Of a DNA stretch of 64,000 nt, positions 9,290 through 21,211 are shown one piece after another. Made by a program: the position numbers and the translations under genes. The notes beneath the pieces were generated by a model that searched no databases, had not been told where the DNA came from, and saw nothing but the letters and a program-made list of their open reading frames with translations. Origin of the DNA: an uncultured archaeon (GTDB lineage: Archaea; Thermoproteota; Bathyarchaeia; Bathyarchaeales; Bathycorpusculaceae); the NCBI GenBank assembly GCA_963782915.1, contig CAWALK010000012.1, positions 256,001 to 320,000 of the forward strand, read 5' to 3'. The first letter of the stretch is position 1; every line of letters begins with the position of its first letter.

Positions 9290-12200
9290 ACATTTTCACC
9301 TCCATTTTCATTCTCTAAATCAACTGGTAGAGTTATCGTGAAAGTTGTTCCTTGACCCTTAACGGTTTTAACAGATATTGAGCCTCTGTGTGCTTCAATG
9401 ATGCGTTTGCATATTGCTAAACCAAAGCCCATGCCCTGCGCCTTCGTGGTAAAGAGGGGCGAGAACAGTTTTGGCAGGATCTCATCGCCTATGCCTATTC
9501 CGGTATCTGCAAAAGATATCTCTAAGCCACCCTTAACTTCTTTGCCCTCAACGGTAATTTTGCCGCCGTCAGGCATAGCGTCAACCGCGTTTTTTATGAG
9601 GTTTGTGAAGACTCTTTTTGTCTTGTCAGGGTCGACTTTAATGATTGGCGTTTGGGATAGTTTATTTTTGACTTTTACGTTTTCGGGGATATTCATGATA
9701 ATTAATGAGTCATCGAGTAGCTTTTTGGGAGATTGACTTTCCAATGCCAGATGGATTTCTCGGGAGTAATCTAAGAGGTCATTTATGATTCGGTTAGAAT
9801 AATCTACGCATTTATCGATGGTTTCAAGCATTTCTCTTGCTTGACCGGGCGGTAGTTGACTGCCTTTTTTCTTCATGAAGTAGACTGAGTTTTTGATGCC
9901 GGTTAAGGGGTTTCTTAAGTCGTGCCCAATCATGCCGGCTAATTCGCCGATGGCTGCTAAACGCTCAGACTTAACAAGGTCTGCCTGTGTTTTTTTGAGT
10001 TCACCTGTTCTTTTCTGCACTATTTCTTCTAGTAACTGGGAATATTCAGCCAATTTGTTCTGCAGGCGTTTTCTTTCGTTAATGTCGATGGCAATCTCTA
10101 AGGCGGCAATGACTTTTCCATTTTTGTCTTTGATGGGTGTACTGATTAGTTCAGTCCACACGTCTCTGTCTTGGGTTTTTCTGTGGTAGTCACGTCGAAC
10201 GATGGCTTCGCCGTTTTCGAAGACTCTTTTAACGCCGCATCCTTCACAGACTTCTTTTGAGCCTCCGCCAAAGGTTTCATAGCAGTACTTGTTCTCGAGT
10301 TTACCACAACCGGTTAATTCTTGCGCTGTCCGGTTTGCCCAAATGATACGGTAATCTCGACTAACGATCGATAACACGACATTGGTGCTTGTTGTAACAC
10401 TCTCAAGAAGGTCTTTTTCTTGTCTGAGTGCTTCTTCCATTGCTTTCCATTCAGTGATATCCTTGATTATCGCAAGGAGGCAATTTTGGTTGTTTACCTT
10501 CACTGAGACGACTGAGAGGTCAATTGGGAATGAGGTACCGTCGCTTCTTAGCGCTGTTAATCCGAATTGCCGCTTTGATACAGAAGCCTTACTTAAATCA
10601 GCAAGGAATTCTAAATGTCTGCTGTGTGCTTGGGGCGGGATGACTAGTTCACTTAGTTTTTTACCTAAAGCTTGTTCTGATGAGAAGCCAAAGGTTTTCT
10701 CTGCAGCAGGATTCCAGTACAGAATATGGTCCTCTGCATCGCTCAACACTATCCCATCCATTGCAGAGGTACTTATAGCGCGAAAACGTTCTTCGCTAGA
10801 TCGCAGATCATCTTCTAACTGTTTGTGCTTTGTTATATCTTCTAATTCAACAACAAAAAGGACTGGTTTACCGTTGGAGTTTCTTATTGCATTTATAATG
10901 ACTCTTCCAATGATGGTAGTGCCGTCTTTTCTGATATAGCGTTTCTGATCTACGAATGAAGGGATTTCGCCTCTTTCAAGCATGGTAATGTTTTTGAAAC
11001 TTCTAGCTAACTCATCTGGGTGAGTAAGCTCCTTAAAAGTAAGCTTACGCAATTCGGTCTCGCTATATCCAAGAATTTTGCAGAATGCCTCGTTGGCAGT
11101 TAAGAAATTACGAGATTTGTCTGACGTAGCTATTCCGATGGGGGCATTAGCAACTACTGCTTTTGACAATTCCTCGCTTGCTTTAAGCGCCCTTTCTGCC
11201 TTTTTACGCTGAGAAATGTCAGAAATTACCGCTAAATAGCCTGTTTTCTTTTTTTGGTCATCGGTTATTATGGATATTGTGACAAGTGTATCGATGTGGC
11301 TTCCGTTTTTTTGGGGAAAAGCATATTCATACTGTCCCTTCGTATTTTCAGCTGTAAAACCAATGAGAATGCCCCTGATTTTCTCAACCCAATCAGCATC
11401 TAAAAAGTCGAAAAGCGTCTTACCAAGCATTTCACTTTCTTGGTACCCCAGCATCTGAGCCATACGTGGATTAACAAAGACACTAACATAGTCATTATCT
11501 ATTGCCCAGATGCCTTCTTCTGCAACTTTAACAAGCTGCCGATAGCGTGCTTCACTAGCCATTAGGGCGTTTTGGACTTTTTTGCCTTCCGTTACATCAT
11601 GCGCAATGCAGTGTAAGTAGGTTTTTCCCTGCGATTTGAAGGCTTTATTTGTAACCCCAACAGAACATATTTCACCTGTTTTTGTTCTATGTTTAGTTTC
11701 AAATTCTCCGCCACCATTTTTGACTAATTCCTTTAGGTGAGCTTTCACTTGCTCAGGGGTTTCTTCTGCTTGGATATCAAAAATTGTTATTTTTTCGAAT
11801 TCTTGTCGGGAATAACCCAACTGTAGGTGTGCAATATCGTTAAATTCAGCGAAACTTGCGGTTTCTGGGTCGATAACCATGACGCCGATTGGTGCTTGAC
11901 TAAAAAGTGCATGATACCTTTGTTCCGCCTCTTTGAGCTTTTGATTGGATAGTTTTCTTCGGGTAATGTCTTTCACCACTGCCACTGCATTCCATTTGCC
12001 GCCAGAACGCATAGAAGAGAGGGATAGTTCTGCGGGGAATTCGCTGCCATCTTTGCGGCATGCAGTAACCTCCACGTTTCCCACCGTGAAGTACCCTAAC
12101 CCTGTGTTACTGAAGCTTTTTACGCTCTGTTGAATGCGGTCTTTTCCTTCCTTGCACATCGTTTTTGGAACTACAAGTTCATGGATTACTTTGCCGAGTG

Positions 12201-12732
12201 CTTCATCGTTTGTATAGCCAAACGTTATTTCGGCAGCAGGATTCCAATAAGTAACTTTTGCGTCTTCATTGACTAAAATCAGGGGGTCTTTTATTGATCG
12301 TGCAATCCCGTTAAATCGTTCCTCGCTGGTCCGTAGGGCAGTACGCATCTTTTTGGTGTGTGTCACGTCATGGAAAACTACTACATCGAGCACTTGCCCA
12401 TTGTATTCGACTATTTTGGCGTTTACTTCAAGCAGAATCTCTTGTCCATTCCTGCCTCTCAAGGTTACTCTATATGGCTCAATGGAGTTGCCGCTTAGTC
12501 TCTTTTTGAGGTTTTCTTTGATAAGTATGGTCTGTTTTTCATTGAAGATCTTTAGCTCAAAAAAGTTTTTGTTAATAAAATCTTCCATTTTTACGTCTAT
12601 GATTTTCTCTACAATGGGGTTTGAAGCTATGATTCGTCCTGAAGAATCCATCACTACTACTGGATCGGCGATGAAACCTATTATTGCTGAAAAGGCATCA
12701 TCGGCTTTTTTGGTCAGGTTTCGCTCCGTCAT
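9229..12732 (-). CDS. Cytoplasmic multi-PAS sensor histidine kinase (~7 PAS domains)
   Basis: Repeated PAS/PAC units (N.AAE..FG, RKDG, DIT); HisKA GHDLRNPL; HATPase N, G1 (DTGIG), F and G2 (GMGFGL) boxes; no TM segment. Confidence 0.95.
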   Translation of the reverse strand: MTERNLTKKADDAFSAIIGFIADPVVVMDSSGRIIASNPIVEKIIDVKMEDFINKNFFELKIFNEKQTILIKENLKKRLSGNSIEPYRVTLRGRNGQEILLEVNAKIVEYNGQVLDVVVFHDVTHTKKMRTALRTSEERFNGIARSIKDPLILVNEDAKVTYWNPAAEITFGYTNDEALGKVIHELVVPKTMCKEGKDRIQQSVKSFSNTGLGYFTVGNVEVTACRKDGSEFPAELSLSSMRSGGKWNAVAVVKDITRRKLSNQKLKEAEQRYHALFSQAPIGVMVIDPETASFAEFNDIAHLQLGYSRQEFEKITIFDIQAEETPEQVKAHLKELVKNGGGEFETKHRTKTGEICSVGVTNKAFKSQGKTYLHCIAHDVTEGKKVQNALMASEARYRQLVKVAEEGIWAIDNDYVSVFVNPRMAQMLGYQESEMLGKTLFDFLDADWVEKIRGILIGFTAENTKGQYEYAFPQKNGSHIDTLVTISIITDDQKKKTGYLAVISDISQRKKAERALKASEELSKAVVANAPIGIATSDKSRNFLTANEAFCKILGYSETELRKLTFKELTHPDELARSFKNITMLERGEIPSFVDQKRYIRKDGTTIIGRVIINAIRNSNGKPVLFVVELEDITKHKQLEDDLRSSEERFRAISTSAMDGIVLSDAEDHILYWNPAAEKTFGFSSEQALGKKLSELVIPPQAHSRHLEFLADLSKASVSKRQFGLTALRSDGTSFPIDLSVVSVKVNNQNCLLAIIKDITEWKAMEEALRQEKDLLESVTTSTNVVLSIVSRDYRIIWANRTAQELTGCGKLENKYCYETFGGGSKEVCEGCGVKRVFENGEAIVRRDYHRKTQDRDVWTELISTPIKDKNGKVIAALEIAIDINERKRLQNKLAEYSQLLEEIVQKRTGELKKTQADLVKSERLAAIGELAGMIGHDLRNPLTGIKNSVYFMKKKGSQLPPGQAREMLETIDKCVDYSNRIINDLLDYSREIHLALESQSPKKLLDDSLIIMNIPENVKVKNKLSQTPIIKVDPDKTKRVFTNLIKNAVDAMPDGGKITVEGKEVKGGLEISFADTGIGIGDEILPKLFSPLFTTKAQGMGFGLAICKRIIEAHRGSISVKTVKGQGTTFTITLPVDLENENGGENVWISIPESSLSTTTKQSAQQ

Positions 12733-13141
12733 CCAGTAGAACCTCTATGTCACCAGTTTTGCCTTCACCCTCCATACATAACTTAACCAGCTTCAGGTAT
12801 TTTTCAAAGGTTAAATCGGGTACAAGCCATTTTGGTCCAACCCATTTATAATTGCAATTAACTTTCTCATTGAGATTTTTCATTATCAAAATCTCAAGCG
12901 GAGTTGAAGCTTGCCCAAAAATCCGATCAAGAGCATCTGTGAAATCTTCAACCCTATCAGGGATATCCTGCTTAGGCAATCCAAACTTGTTTTCTAAATG
13001 GAAATATATGGATGTTTTTACGTTTTGACCAAGCGCTGTAAAGGCTACATCTATGGCATCTAATAGTATCACTGCAAATTTCTTCTCAGTTTTTGTTTTA
13101 GCCAAATCCGTCAGCCCGATATAGTTGCTTGCTTCGCCCAT
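12698..13141 (-). CDS. Conserved archaeal protein often found beside signalling genes (DUF3227/NitrOD5-like)
   Basis: LLDAID.AF..LG......IYFHLE..FG...IP.....F..AL..IFG.....LE pattern; overlaps the kinase start. Confidence 0.6.
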   Translation of the reverse strand: MGEASNYIGLTDLAKTKTEKKFAVILLDAIDVAFTALGQNVKTSIYFHLENKFGLPKQDIPDRVEDFTDALDRIFGQASTPLEILIMKNLNEKVNCNYKWVGPKWLVPDLTFEKYLKLVKLCMEGEGKTGDIEVLLDDGAKPDQKSR

Positions 13142-13428
13142 TATTCGTCTCTGAATATACTGCTAAAGTGATATAAAAGAAAGTAAAGGCTTATGAAGCC
13201 AAAATCCACACTGCAAATTCATCACTTATCCAAATAGTAGATCAGCGTTTTTTCGCCAAAAATTGCTATGTTGGGAGTAAAAATTGTGTGTGTGTGTGAA
13301 CAACAGTAGTGTACAAATCCCTAGCAAACCCTATAAACGAAAAAGCAATAGTATAAGCTTTTATACGTATGTTGCTGAGAGATGTTAAAAAGAAGAGTAT
13401 CGCTTCCGCGAGAGGGGTAAAAGACTAA

Positions 13429-16400
13429 GTGCCGTACATCAAAAAAATTGAGTTGAAGGGCTTTAAGTCTTTTGGGCCACAAACAGTCAAGGTTAACTTT
13501 GACAAGGGTTTCACAGCGATTACTGGACCCAACGGAAGCGGCAAAACCAACATCATGGACGCATTACTCTTCTCACTGGGAGAACTTAGCACCAGAAGGC
13601 TCAGAGCAGAAAACTCTGCCAAACTAATTTTCCACGGCTCAGAAAAAGGCGGCTTAGAAAAAGCCAAAATGGCCAAAGTAGTCGTCCAATTCGACAACAC
13701 AGACGGCTTAATGCCCGTAGACACAACCACCGTCACCATCAGCCGTGAAGTCTACCGCAACGGCCAAAGCGTCTACCGCCTAAACGGACGCAGAATGAGC
13801 CGTACCCATATCACCGAAACCCTCTCTATGGCTGCCATTAGCAGCTTGAGTAATAACATTATCCCACAGGGCACAATCACCAGGTTAACAGACCTAAACG
13901 CTCTAGAACGCCGCAAAATCATTGAAGATCTCATCGGCATAGCCCAATATGACGCAGAAAAAACCGAAGCAGAAGAAAAACTCCGCGCCGCCGACATCTC
14001 CATCCGAACAGCCATGGGCAGAATCGACGAAGTCCAAAAACGCCTCGACGACTTAGAACGCGAACGCAACCAACTCCTCCGCTACAACTTCATACAAACC
14101 GAAACCCGCAAGTTCCAAGCAGTCAAAGTTTCAAGTGACATAGCCGCGCAGAACATCAAAATCGCTGAAAGCACCACCCAAGCCCTAACAGTCAAAGAAC
14201 GCGTAGACAAACTAAAAGAACAGCGTGATCTGCGCAGAAATAGACGACATGAAATTGAGGGTGACTGGCGCAAACTCAGCGGGGAAGGCTTAGAACAAGG
14301 CGGCTCCGAAGTCCTAAAAGTCCAAATTAAAGTCGGCGAATTAAAATCCAAATTAACTGAATTAAACTCCAGAATTAATTCTGGGCAATCAAGCCTTGAC
14401 AGTTTCAAACGAGTCAAAGAAAACAACATTGCCCAACATGACAGCTTACAAAAAGAAATCCGTGACAACCGACTTAAAATCCGCCAGTACCGCGCAGAAT
14501 TCGAAAAAATCAAAGCTGAATTAGCTGAAAAGCAGGCGCAGCATGAAACCTTAGCAAAAGAAACTGCACAGCTATGGGAAGGATTGGACGGCAACAATCA
14601 GCAGATACATCAGCTTGACGGCCAAACAGATGGCTATGTTAGGCGTTTGGCGTTTTTGCGTTCTGAATACAAACAGGACAAAGCCGCACTTGCGTTTATG
14701 TGTGGGTAGACTCAAGAACCTTAACGCTCGTAAAGAAAAATTCATCACAAGTCAAGCCGAAATCGAGAAATCACTCGGCGAACTCGAACAAGTGCAAAGG
14801 GACCAGAAAGCCCAACTCAAAAACCTCGAGCACATGATCGAGAAAAAGAAGCTGCAGAAAGAAATGGTGCAGAAAGAGATTGAAGACGCCGAAAAAATCG
14901 CTACCTCCGCAAAGGATGCTGTTATCGAATTCGCCACCCAACGCGACTTAGCCGCCACCATCGCAGCAGAAGAGAAAGCGCTTCGCGGCGTGGAAGAGAT
15001 GGGTAATGTTGGCGCCATCAATGGCATCCAGGGCAGACTGCGCAACTTGGTAAAAATCGATAAAAGCTTCAAGAAAGCCATCGACGCCGCCGCAACAGGT
15101 TGGCTAGATGCATTAGTAGTTAAAGACATTGAAGTCGCCTTCACCTGCACCGAATCGCTGCGTCGTATGAAGTTGGGCAGAATCAAAATCATTCCCCTCC
15201 AAGGCGCTATAAACCCCAAAAACAAGCCAGTGCCCAAACGCGAAGGCGTCATGGGACCATTGAGCAGCTTCATGAAGTACGAAAGCAGCTGTGAAATAGC
15301 GGTAAACTATGTTTTCGGCGATACCATCGTAGTCTCAAACGACAAAACAGGTTTTGCACTCTCAAACGAGGGTTACCGAGCCGTCACAGTCAGCGGCGAC
15401 GTTTTCGAACCAGGCGCATTTGAAAGCGGCTACTACCGAGCCCCAATAGATTTCTCAACGATTATTCCAAGCGAGAATGCACTCAAAAGCCTCGATGAAG
15501 CCGTCAAAGCCCTGCAAACCCATCTTACTCAACGGGGCACAGACATCATTGGCATCGAAGAAGAACTTGAGCACAACAAAATCGATATGACCCGCCTTGA
15601 AGAAGGCATCGCAACCTTAGAGCGCGAAATTATCCGTGTCCGCCGAGGCGTCAAACGCACACAATTCAACATACGCCACATCGACAAATACGGCAGCAAA
15701 CTGGAACGTGAAGCAGCCGCCTTCAAAGGCCGCATGAGCGTATACCGCAACGAACGCAACAACATCAAAATTAACCTCAAAAGAATCCACACCCAAGTCG
15801 CCGAACTCAGACTAAAAACCGATATTGGCCACATCCAAGAACTTGAGGTGCAGCGTGAAAAGTTCGGTGAAGAAGTCAACACCCTACGCCAACGCTTAGG
15901 CTCCATGCAAACGGAGATTAACACTAACCAATCCCAGTTTGACCGTGTCCTGCGTATCGGATACAAGAACACAAAGGTTCAGCTTTCAAAAATTGATCAG
16001 CAGCAGGAGAAGTTGCAAAAGGAACTCGCCGACGCCATCGTTGAGCGTGATGCAATCAAGATAGAAACCGATGGGTTGGAAAAGAGCCGGGTTGAATTAT
16101 CCAATGCGGTGCTCTCAGCCCGTGAGGAATCCAAAAAGTTTACTTCGCAAATTGACACTATCGACTCTGAGCTTCGACTTCTAGATACGGAGTATGAGCA
16201 GGCCGATAAACTTCAGAACCAATTGCATGTGAGCATGGAGACTGCTCAGCTTCGTCTTCAGCAACTGCAATCGCAACTCAAACTCTACGGTTACGAGCAA
16301 CCACTTGAAACCACGCAGCGACAGGTACAAGACGCTGAAACTACCGTCCGCATGATGCAGTTCGAAATGGACCGCATCGGCGCAGTCAACCAACTCGCCG

Positions 16401-16984
16401 CAGCCCACTACGCCGACCAAATCAGCCGCTACCGAGAACTCTCCGTGCGCCTAAACGAGTTGGAACGCGAAAAACAAGCTATAGTTGCGTTTATGGATGA
16501 AATCGAAGCTAAAAAACGCAAAGTCTTCATGACTGCATTCGAAAAAATCAATGCAAGCTTAACCGTTTACTTCGAAAAAATGACCGGCGGCGGCAGCGCC
16601 ACACTCAAACTCGAAAACCCAGAGGAGCCTTTCTCCGGGGGTATCGACATGATTGTGCAGTTCCCCAACAAACCCTCCATCACCGTCAGTGGAGCCAGCG
16701 GTGGCGAACGATCCATCTCAGCAGTCGCCTTCATATTCTCACTTAAAGAATTCTCGCCTGCGGCATTCTATATCCTCGACGAAGTTGACGCCCACTTAGA
16801 CGCTTACCACACTACCAAACTCGCCGAAACCATCCTCTCAGAAGCCGGTAAAACCCAGTTTATAATCATCAGCTTACGGCCTGAAATGGTTAACAAAGCC
16901 CAGAGAATCTACGGTGTCTACGAACGCAACGGTATATCAAGCGTTGTAACAGCGAAGTTCCCGCCGGAGGCGCCAGCAAGCTAA
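13429..16984 (+). CDS. smc: Chromosome segregation protein SMC (frameshift near 14700)
   Basis: N-terminal GFKSF and Walker A GPNGSGKT; coiled coils; hinge; C-terminal SGGERS signature and ILDEVDAHLD Walker B/D-loop. Confidence 0.95.
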
Positions 16985-17712
16985 TGTCGTCAACAACAGC
17001 CTCGACCGCTCCGATGCGTAGGCCGTTTTATCTGCGTCCACCCTGGAACATCCTCTTTGAAATTAGCAAGCTTGAGAAGCTTACTCCATGGAACGTTAAC
17101 ATAGCTTATTTGTTGCGCACTTTTCTCTCTGAGATGGAGAAGAGCGGTCCTGAAAAAGTTGATTTCAGAGCTTCAGGCGTCGCATTGGATTCTTCTGCAT
17201 TAATCTATTTGATGAAGTCAAAGCTGTTGCTTACTCTCCAAGAGCCGCCTGCGCCGATTCTGAAGGTTCCGACGGATTTTGTTCCGCCGCCGCTATTTCT
17301 GCCACTGCGACATGAACTGACTTCTACGACTATTCAGCATCTGCTTGAAGTCCTTGACGATGTTTTAAAGGGTGAAAAACTGCTTAGCCTCAATCATGTG
17401 ATCGAGCAGCACCCCATTCTGCCAGCAGTAACCGACTTGCTGCCAAAATTCGACAGATTCATCGCTGAATTAGAATTTGAAGTTGACAAACTCTTCGCCA
17501 TCCTAATGGAGAAAACCGGTGGACAGGGCATCGTCGACTTCTCAAGCCTCTCCAAAGGCGCGACGCGTATAGAAGCGCTGAGAATGTTTATTTATCTGCT
17601 ATTCCTTGCCCAGGATGGCATGGTTAGCCTGTGGCAGAATGAAGAAACCGAAGAACTCTACATAGCTGTGGGGAAATTAAACGTTGGAAAAGCCGAACGA
17701 CCAACCAATTAA
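16984..17712 (+). CDS. scpA: Segregation/condensation protein A (kleisin)
   Basis: PWNVNI motif, SG.AL..SALIY.MKS, C-terminal FIYLLFLA..G.V.L.Q; lies between smc and scpB. Confidence 0.85.
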   Translation: MSSTTASTAPMRRPFYLRPPWNILFEISKLEKLTPWNVNIAYLLRTFLSEMEKSGPEKVDFRASGVALDSSALIYLMKSKLLLTLQEPPAPILKVPTDFVPPPLFLPLRHELTSTTIQHLLEVLDDVLKGEKLLSLNHVIEQHPILPAVTDLLPKFDRFIAELEFEVDKLFAILMEKTGGQGIVDFSSLSKGATRIEALRMFIYLLFLAQDGMVSLWQNEETEELYIAVGKLNVGKAERPTN

Positions 17713-18433
17713 TCAAGACAAACCGATTCAGGTAGCTCCGGCTCCTGAACCAGTGCAAACTACACTTCCTGAACCGGAACCCGCAGTGGATACTAACGAA
17801 CGCAAAACCCATGTGCTACGACTGCTTGAAGCCGCCCTCTATGTTGCCGGACGCCCCCTTGACTTAAACGAGTTATGCCAAGTTGTAGGCAGCCGCAGCA
17901 AAAAACGGGTCATCAGCTATGCTGAGATGCTAATGGAGCAATACAAAGCCCGCAACAGCCCCATGGAGGTACTGGCACTAAAAGATGAACGCTACGTTTT
18001 GCAGGTTAAAGCCGAATTCACGCCTCTAATCAAAAAACTTGTCAACCGCCCATTGTTATCGGCGGGTCCACTAAAAACGCTCTCATACATTGCTTATCGC
18101 CAACCCATCAGCCAAAAAAGAGTCGTTGAAGTTCGTGGGCAACACGCTTACGGACATGTTAAGATGCTCAAGGACATGGGTTTGATTATGACGGAACGCA
18201 TGGGGCGCTCATTGGCGTTGAAGACGACTGATTACTTTGCTGATTACTTTGGCTTAACTCAGGATATGTCTGTTCTTAAGAGGGATTTGCGTAAGATTTT
18301 CGGTGAAGCCATCAAAGAAGACATGGCTGAGCGGGAAAAGAAGGAAGCTGAGGAAGAGAAACAGGCGATGGCTGAAATAGAGGAACCGAAAGAAAACCGC
18401 GGCTCCCAAGAAAACAAAGCTAAACAAGCATAA
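17684..18433 (+). CDS. scpB: Segregation/condensation protein B
   Basis: LEAALYVAG.PL, LS...LKTLSYIAYRQPI, RG, TT..F.DYFGL motifs. Confidence 0.92.
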   Translation: MEKPNDQPINQDKPIQVAPAPEPVQTTLPEPEPAVDTNERKTHVLRLLEAALYVAGRPLDLNELCQVVGSRSKKRVISYAEMLMEQYKARNSPMEVLALKDERYVLQVKAEFTPLIKKLVNRPLLSAGPLKTLSYIAYRQPISQKRVVEVRGQHAYGHVKMLKDMGLIMTERMGRSLALKTTDYFADYFGLTQDMSVLKRDLRKIFGEAIKEDMAEREKKEAEEEKQAMAEIEEPKENRGSQENKAKQA

Positions 18434-18468
18434 GAAAAAAGGAAAAGAGGCAAATAATTTTGCCTTTG

Positions 18469-19243
18469 TTACCTCATCATTTTCCTGAATTGATGCATCG
18501 TCACGCCTATACTCAAAAGTGCGATAAGCAGCAGCACTCCGCCGGCAGCGAATATGGTTCCCCATTCAAATCCTGTAAGGGTTAACCCCCGCAAGGCGTT
18601 TGTCGTGAAGGTAATGGGGTTGATGTTTGCGAGTGTTTGCATCCAATCAGGCAGTAAGGCAAGCGGCATGAAGGCGGTGCTTATGAAGATCAGCGGGAAC
18701 GTTAGGAACATGCTTAATCCAGTGACTGTTTCGGCGCTTTTTGTTGTTAACCCTAATGCTAGCGAGAAGCCTGAGCCTGCAATTGCGAAGATAGCCATTG
18801 TTATGAGGATCAATATTATGCCGGGTGCTCCTGTTATGAAGTTAGCACCCATCAGAGCTGATAGTACTGAGTAGTATGGCGGATTGAATGACTATTCTGA
18901 CTGCATCGCTAAGTAGTCGCCCAAGCAGAATGGCTGGTCTGCTAACGGGTGTTACGAGTAGCTTGGAGAGGTATTCTGAATCATAGTCTTCGACTAACGC
19001 TGATCCGGACTGCATAGCAGTGCTAAACGCCATCATCAGCAGGATGCCCGCGACTGCAAATTCAAGGTAGCCCCCGGTTGGGAAACCCGGCATGTTTCCT
19101 AAAGAACTAAACAACTGAGTAAATATCGCAAGAAACATCACCGGCGTCAAAAGCGAGAGCAGAAACAGCGTTGGCGAACGTAGGAACTTCTTCATTGACC
19201 TAGTAAACATGTACCAAACATCATAACCAAAATCGTTTGTCAT
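18469..19243 (-). CDS. ABC-2 type transporter permease (frameshift near 18850)
   Basis: L.KLLVTPVSR..ILLGR and PL.F.STAF.P...LPDW...LA..NP motifs split over two ORFs. Confidence 0.85.
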
Positions 19244-19255
19244 CTCTTTAGCCTC

Positions 19256-20278
19256 CTAATGGAAGGGTATCTTCCGCTTTTTGGGCATCTTCTCAAAAGC
19301 ATGGATAGGCTTTTTCTGAAGCTCTTCAGGCCGAATCCTTCTACCCGTGTGCTGAAGAAAGACATCATCTAACGAGGGCGAGGAGAAGCTTACTGAAGCT
19401 AGTGGAATCTTGTTAAGATCAAAGGCTCGCACGATTTCGGGGATAATTTGTCCCGCATTCTGTGCAATAACGGCTAGTCCCTCATCAGTGTCGATTACTT
19501 TTGTAACGCCGCCGATGTTGCCTGCGATTTTTCTCGGTTTCTCTTTACTTTCAGGGCTGTTCTCAGTTAGTTTGATAGCGATGGTGTCTCCGCCGATCTG
19601 CTGTTTCAACTCTGCAGGAGACCCGCTTATGATCAGTTGACCATGGTCGATTATGAAGAGGCGCTTGCAGAGTTTGTCAGCCTCGTCCAAATACTGCGTT
19701 GTTAGGAAAACTGTAACGCCCTGAGTTTTGTTTATTTCTTCGAGGTAGCGCCATATTGCCGCACGAGACTGCGGGTCTAATCCCAACGTGGGTTCGTCTA
19801 GGAAGAGCAGTTTTGGCTTATGAACCAAAGCGGATGCCAAATCGAGTCGCCGCTTCATTCCTCCCGAGTACTGGGAAGCTTTCTTGTCTGCTACTTCCAC
19901 AAGACCAACTAAGCTGAGCAGTTCATTGACGCGTTGCTCGAGGGCTGCTCCGTGCATTCTTTGCAGGTGCCCTTGTAGCATCAGGTTTTCTCTTCCTGTC
20001 AAGTCATCGTCAACTATGGTGTATTGGCTTTGGACACCGATTAATCGGCGGATTTCTTTTGCATTGGTTTTTACATCGTAGCCTGCTATGGTTACTTGCC
20101 CGGAGGTTTTCTCCAAGAGGGTTGTTAGGACTTTTATGGTGGTGGTTTTTCCTGCGCCGTTTGGGCCTAGGAAACCGAAGAATTCCCCTTCTTTGATTGA
20201 GAAGGAGATATCGTTAACGGCTTTTGTGCCATCAGGATACACTTCCACGAGGTTTTCTACTTTTATGATATCTGACAT
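19256..20278 (-). CDS. ABC transporter ATP-binding protein (DrrA-like)
   Basis: GPNGAGKTT, YSGGM and LFLDEPT motifs; C-terminal PSLDDVFL.HTG. Confidence 0.92.
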   Translation of the reverse strand: MSDIIKVENLVEVYPDGTKAVNDISFSIKEGEFFGFLGPNGAGKTTTIKVLTTLLEKTSGQVTIAGYDVKTNAKEIRRLIGVQSQYTIVDDDLTGRENLMLQGHLQRMHGAALEQRVNELLSLVGLVEVADKKASQYSGGMKRRLDLASALVHKPKLLFLDEPTLGLDPQSRAAIWRYLEEINKTQGVTVFLTTQYLDEADKLCKRLFIIDHGQLIISGSPAELKQQIGGDTIAIKLTENSPESKEKPRKIAGNIGGVTKVIDTDEGLAVIAQNAGQIIPEIVRAFDLNKIPLASVSFSSPSLDDVFLQHTGRRIRPEELQKKPIHAFEKMPKKRKIPFH

Positions 20279-20368
20279 TTAATCGCCGGATACCCTGAGG
20301 TGGGACTATGCGGATTAGTTTTATAGCGGATATATCCTCTCCAAAATCTTTATGGCTCCACCCAACTA

Positions 20369-21040
20369 TTGCAGGGTATGCGAAGACTGATACTAGAGTT
20401 CCAAAAACAAGAAGTCGAAAAACTCCATGGCGCCATTCCCCTGCATGACATAAAAACGTTTGAAATCATCCAACTGCTCAGACATGACGAGGAAGAGTTC
20501 GCTGCAATCTGCAGAATAGAACCGACAAACGCAGACATGGACTTCTCAAATTTGACTTCAGATGAGGGGCTTGAGAACTTTTCAGGAGCCCAAATTCTTG
20601 AAAAAGAAAAAAGCGGAGCCTACATCATCTTCGTAAAACATAAACCCGTACCTGTAGACCTGACCAGTTCCTTGTTTAAAGGTGAAGGCGGCTATGTTGT
20701 TTCAACCGAAATCCATGAAGACAGAGTTAAAATGACCTATTTGGGAACCGCCAAACAAATAAAAGACATCCTCGACGCAATCAATCAGCATGGCGTGCGC
20801 TACAAGATTTTGTCTCTTACTGACGCAAAATTCTCGCTTAATTCCCCGCTTAACGGTTTGACCGAGAAGCAGAGAAAAGTCTTGATCGCAGCCTATGACT
20901 TGGGGTATTATAGCCTCCCAAGGCGCATCAGCACTGAGCAACTGGCGAAGAGGCTTAATTTGCATAAGTCGGCGCTGCAGGTGCATAGGCGGAAGGCGGA
21001 GATGCGTTTGATTGCTGAAGTGCTTAAAGAGCGAGCATAG
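20369..21040 (+). CDS. Transcriptional regulator with C-terminal HTH_10 (bacterio-opsin activator-type) domain
   Basis: LTEKQR.VL.AAY..GYY..PRRIST..LA..L...KS....H.RKAE. Confidence 0.85.
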   Translation: MQGMRRLILEFQKQEVEKLHGAIPLHDIKTFEIIQLLRHDEEEFAAICRIEPTNADMDFSNLTSDEGLENFSGAQILEKEKSGAYIIFVKHKPVPVDLTSSLFKGEGGYVVSTEIHEDRVKMTYLGTAKQIKDILDAINQHGVRYKILSLTDAKFSLNSPLNGLTEKQRKVLIAAYDLGYYSLPRRISTEQLAKRLNLHKSALQVHRRKAEMRLIAEVLKERA

Positions 21041-21211
21041 GATTTGGTCCAAAGTGAGATTCGGTGATTCGTCAAAAGAGATATTGCTGAACAGGAAAAG
21101 AAGATAACTAAGCAAGCAAGACAAGCATTACCGAGGCAAGTGTACTCTAAGAGAGCATCAAAATCAAAGAGCTAACAAACAGGACTGAACTGATAGACTG
21201 CTCTTGCTTCA

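Noticed and set aside
13285-13298. (TG)n microsatellite upstream of smc
   Set aside because: Only about six units and intergenic; no evidence of phase variation.
14690-14720. Programmed frameshift in smc
   Set aside because: No slippery heptamer or stimulatory structure; it fits the window-wide indel-error pattern.
9398-16420. Long antisense ORFs opposite the kinase and smc (e.g. 10382..10939, 14082..14597, 14752..15273)
   Set aside because: Shadow frames of well-supported genes, with no motifs of their own.
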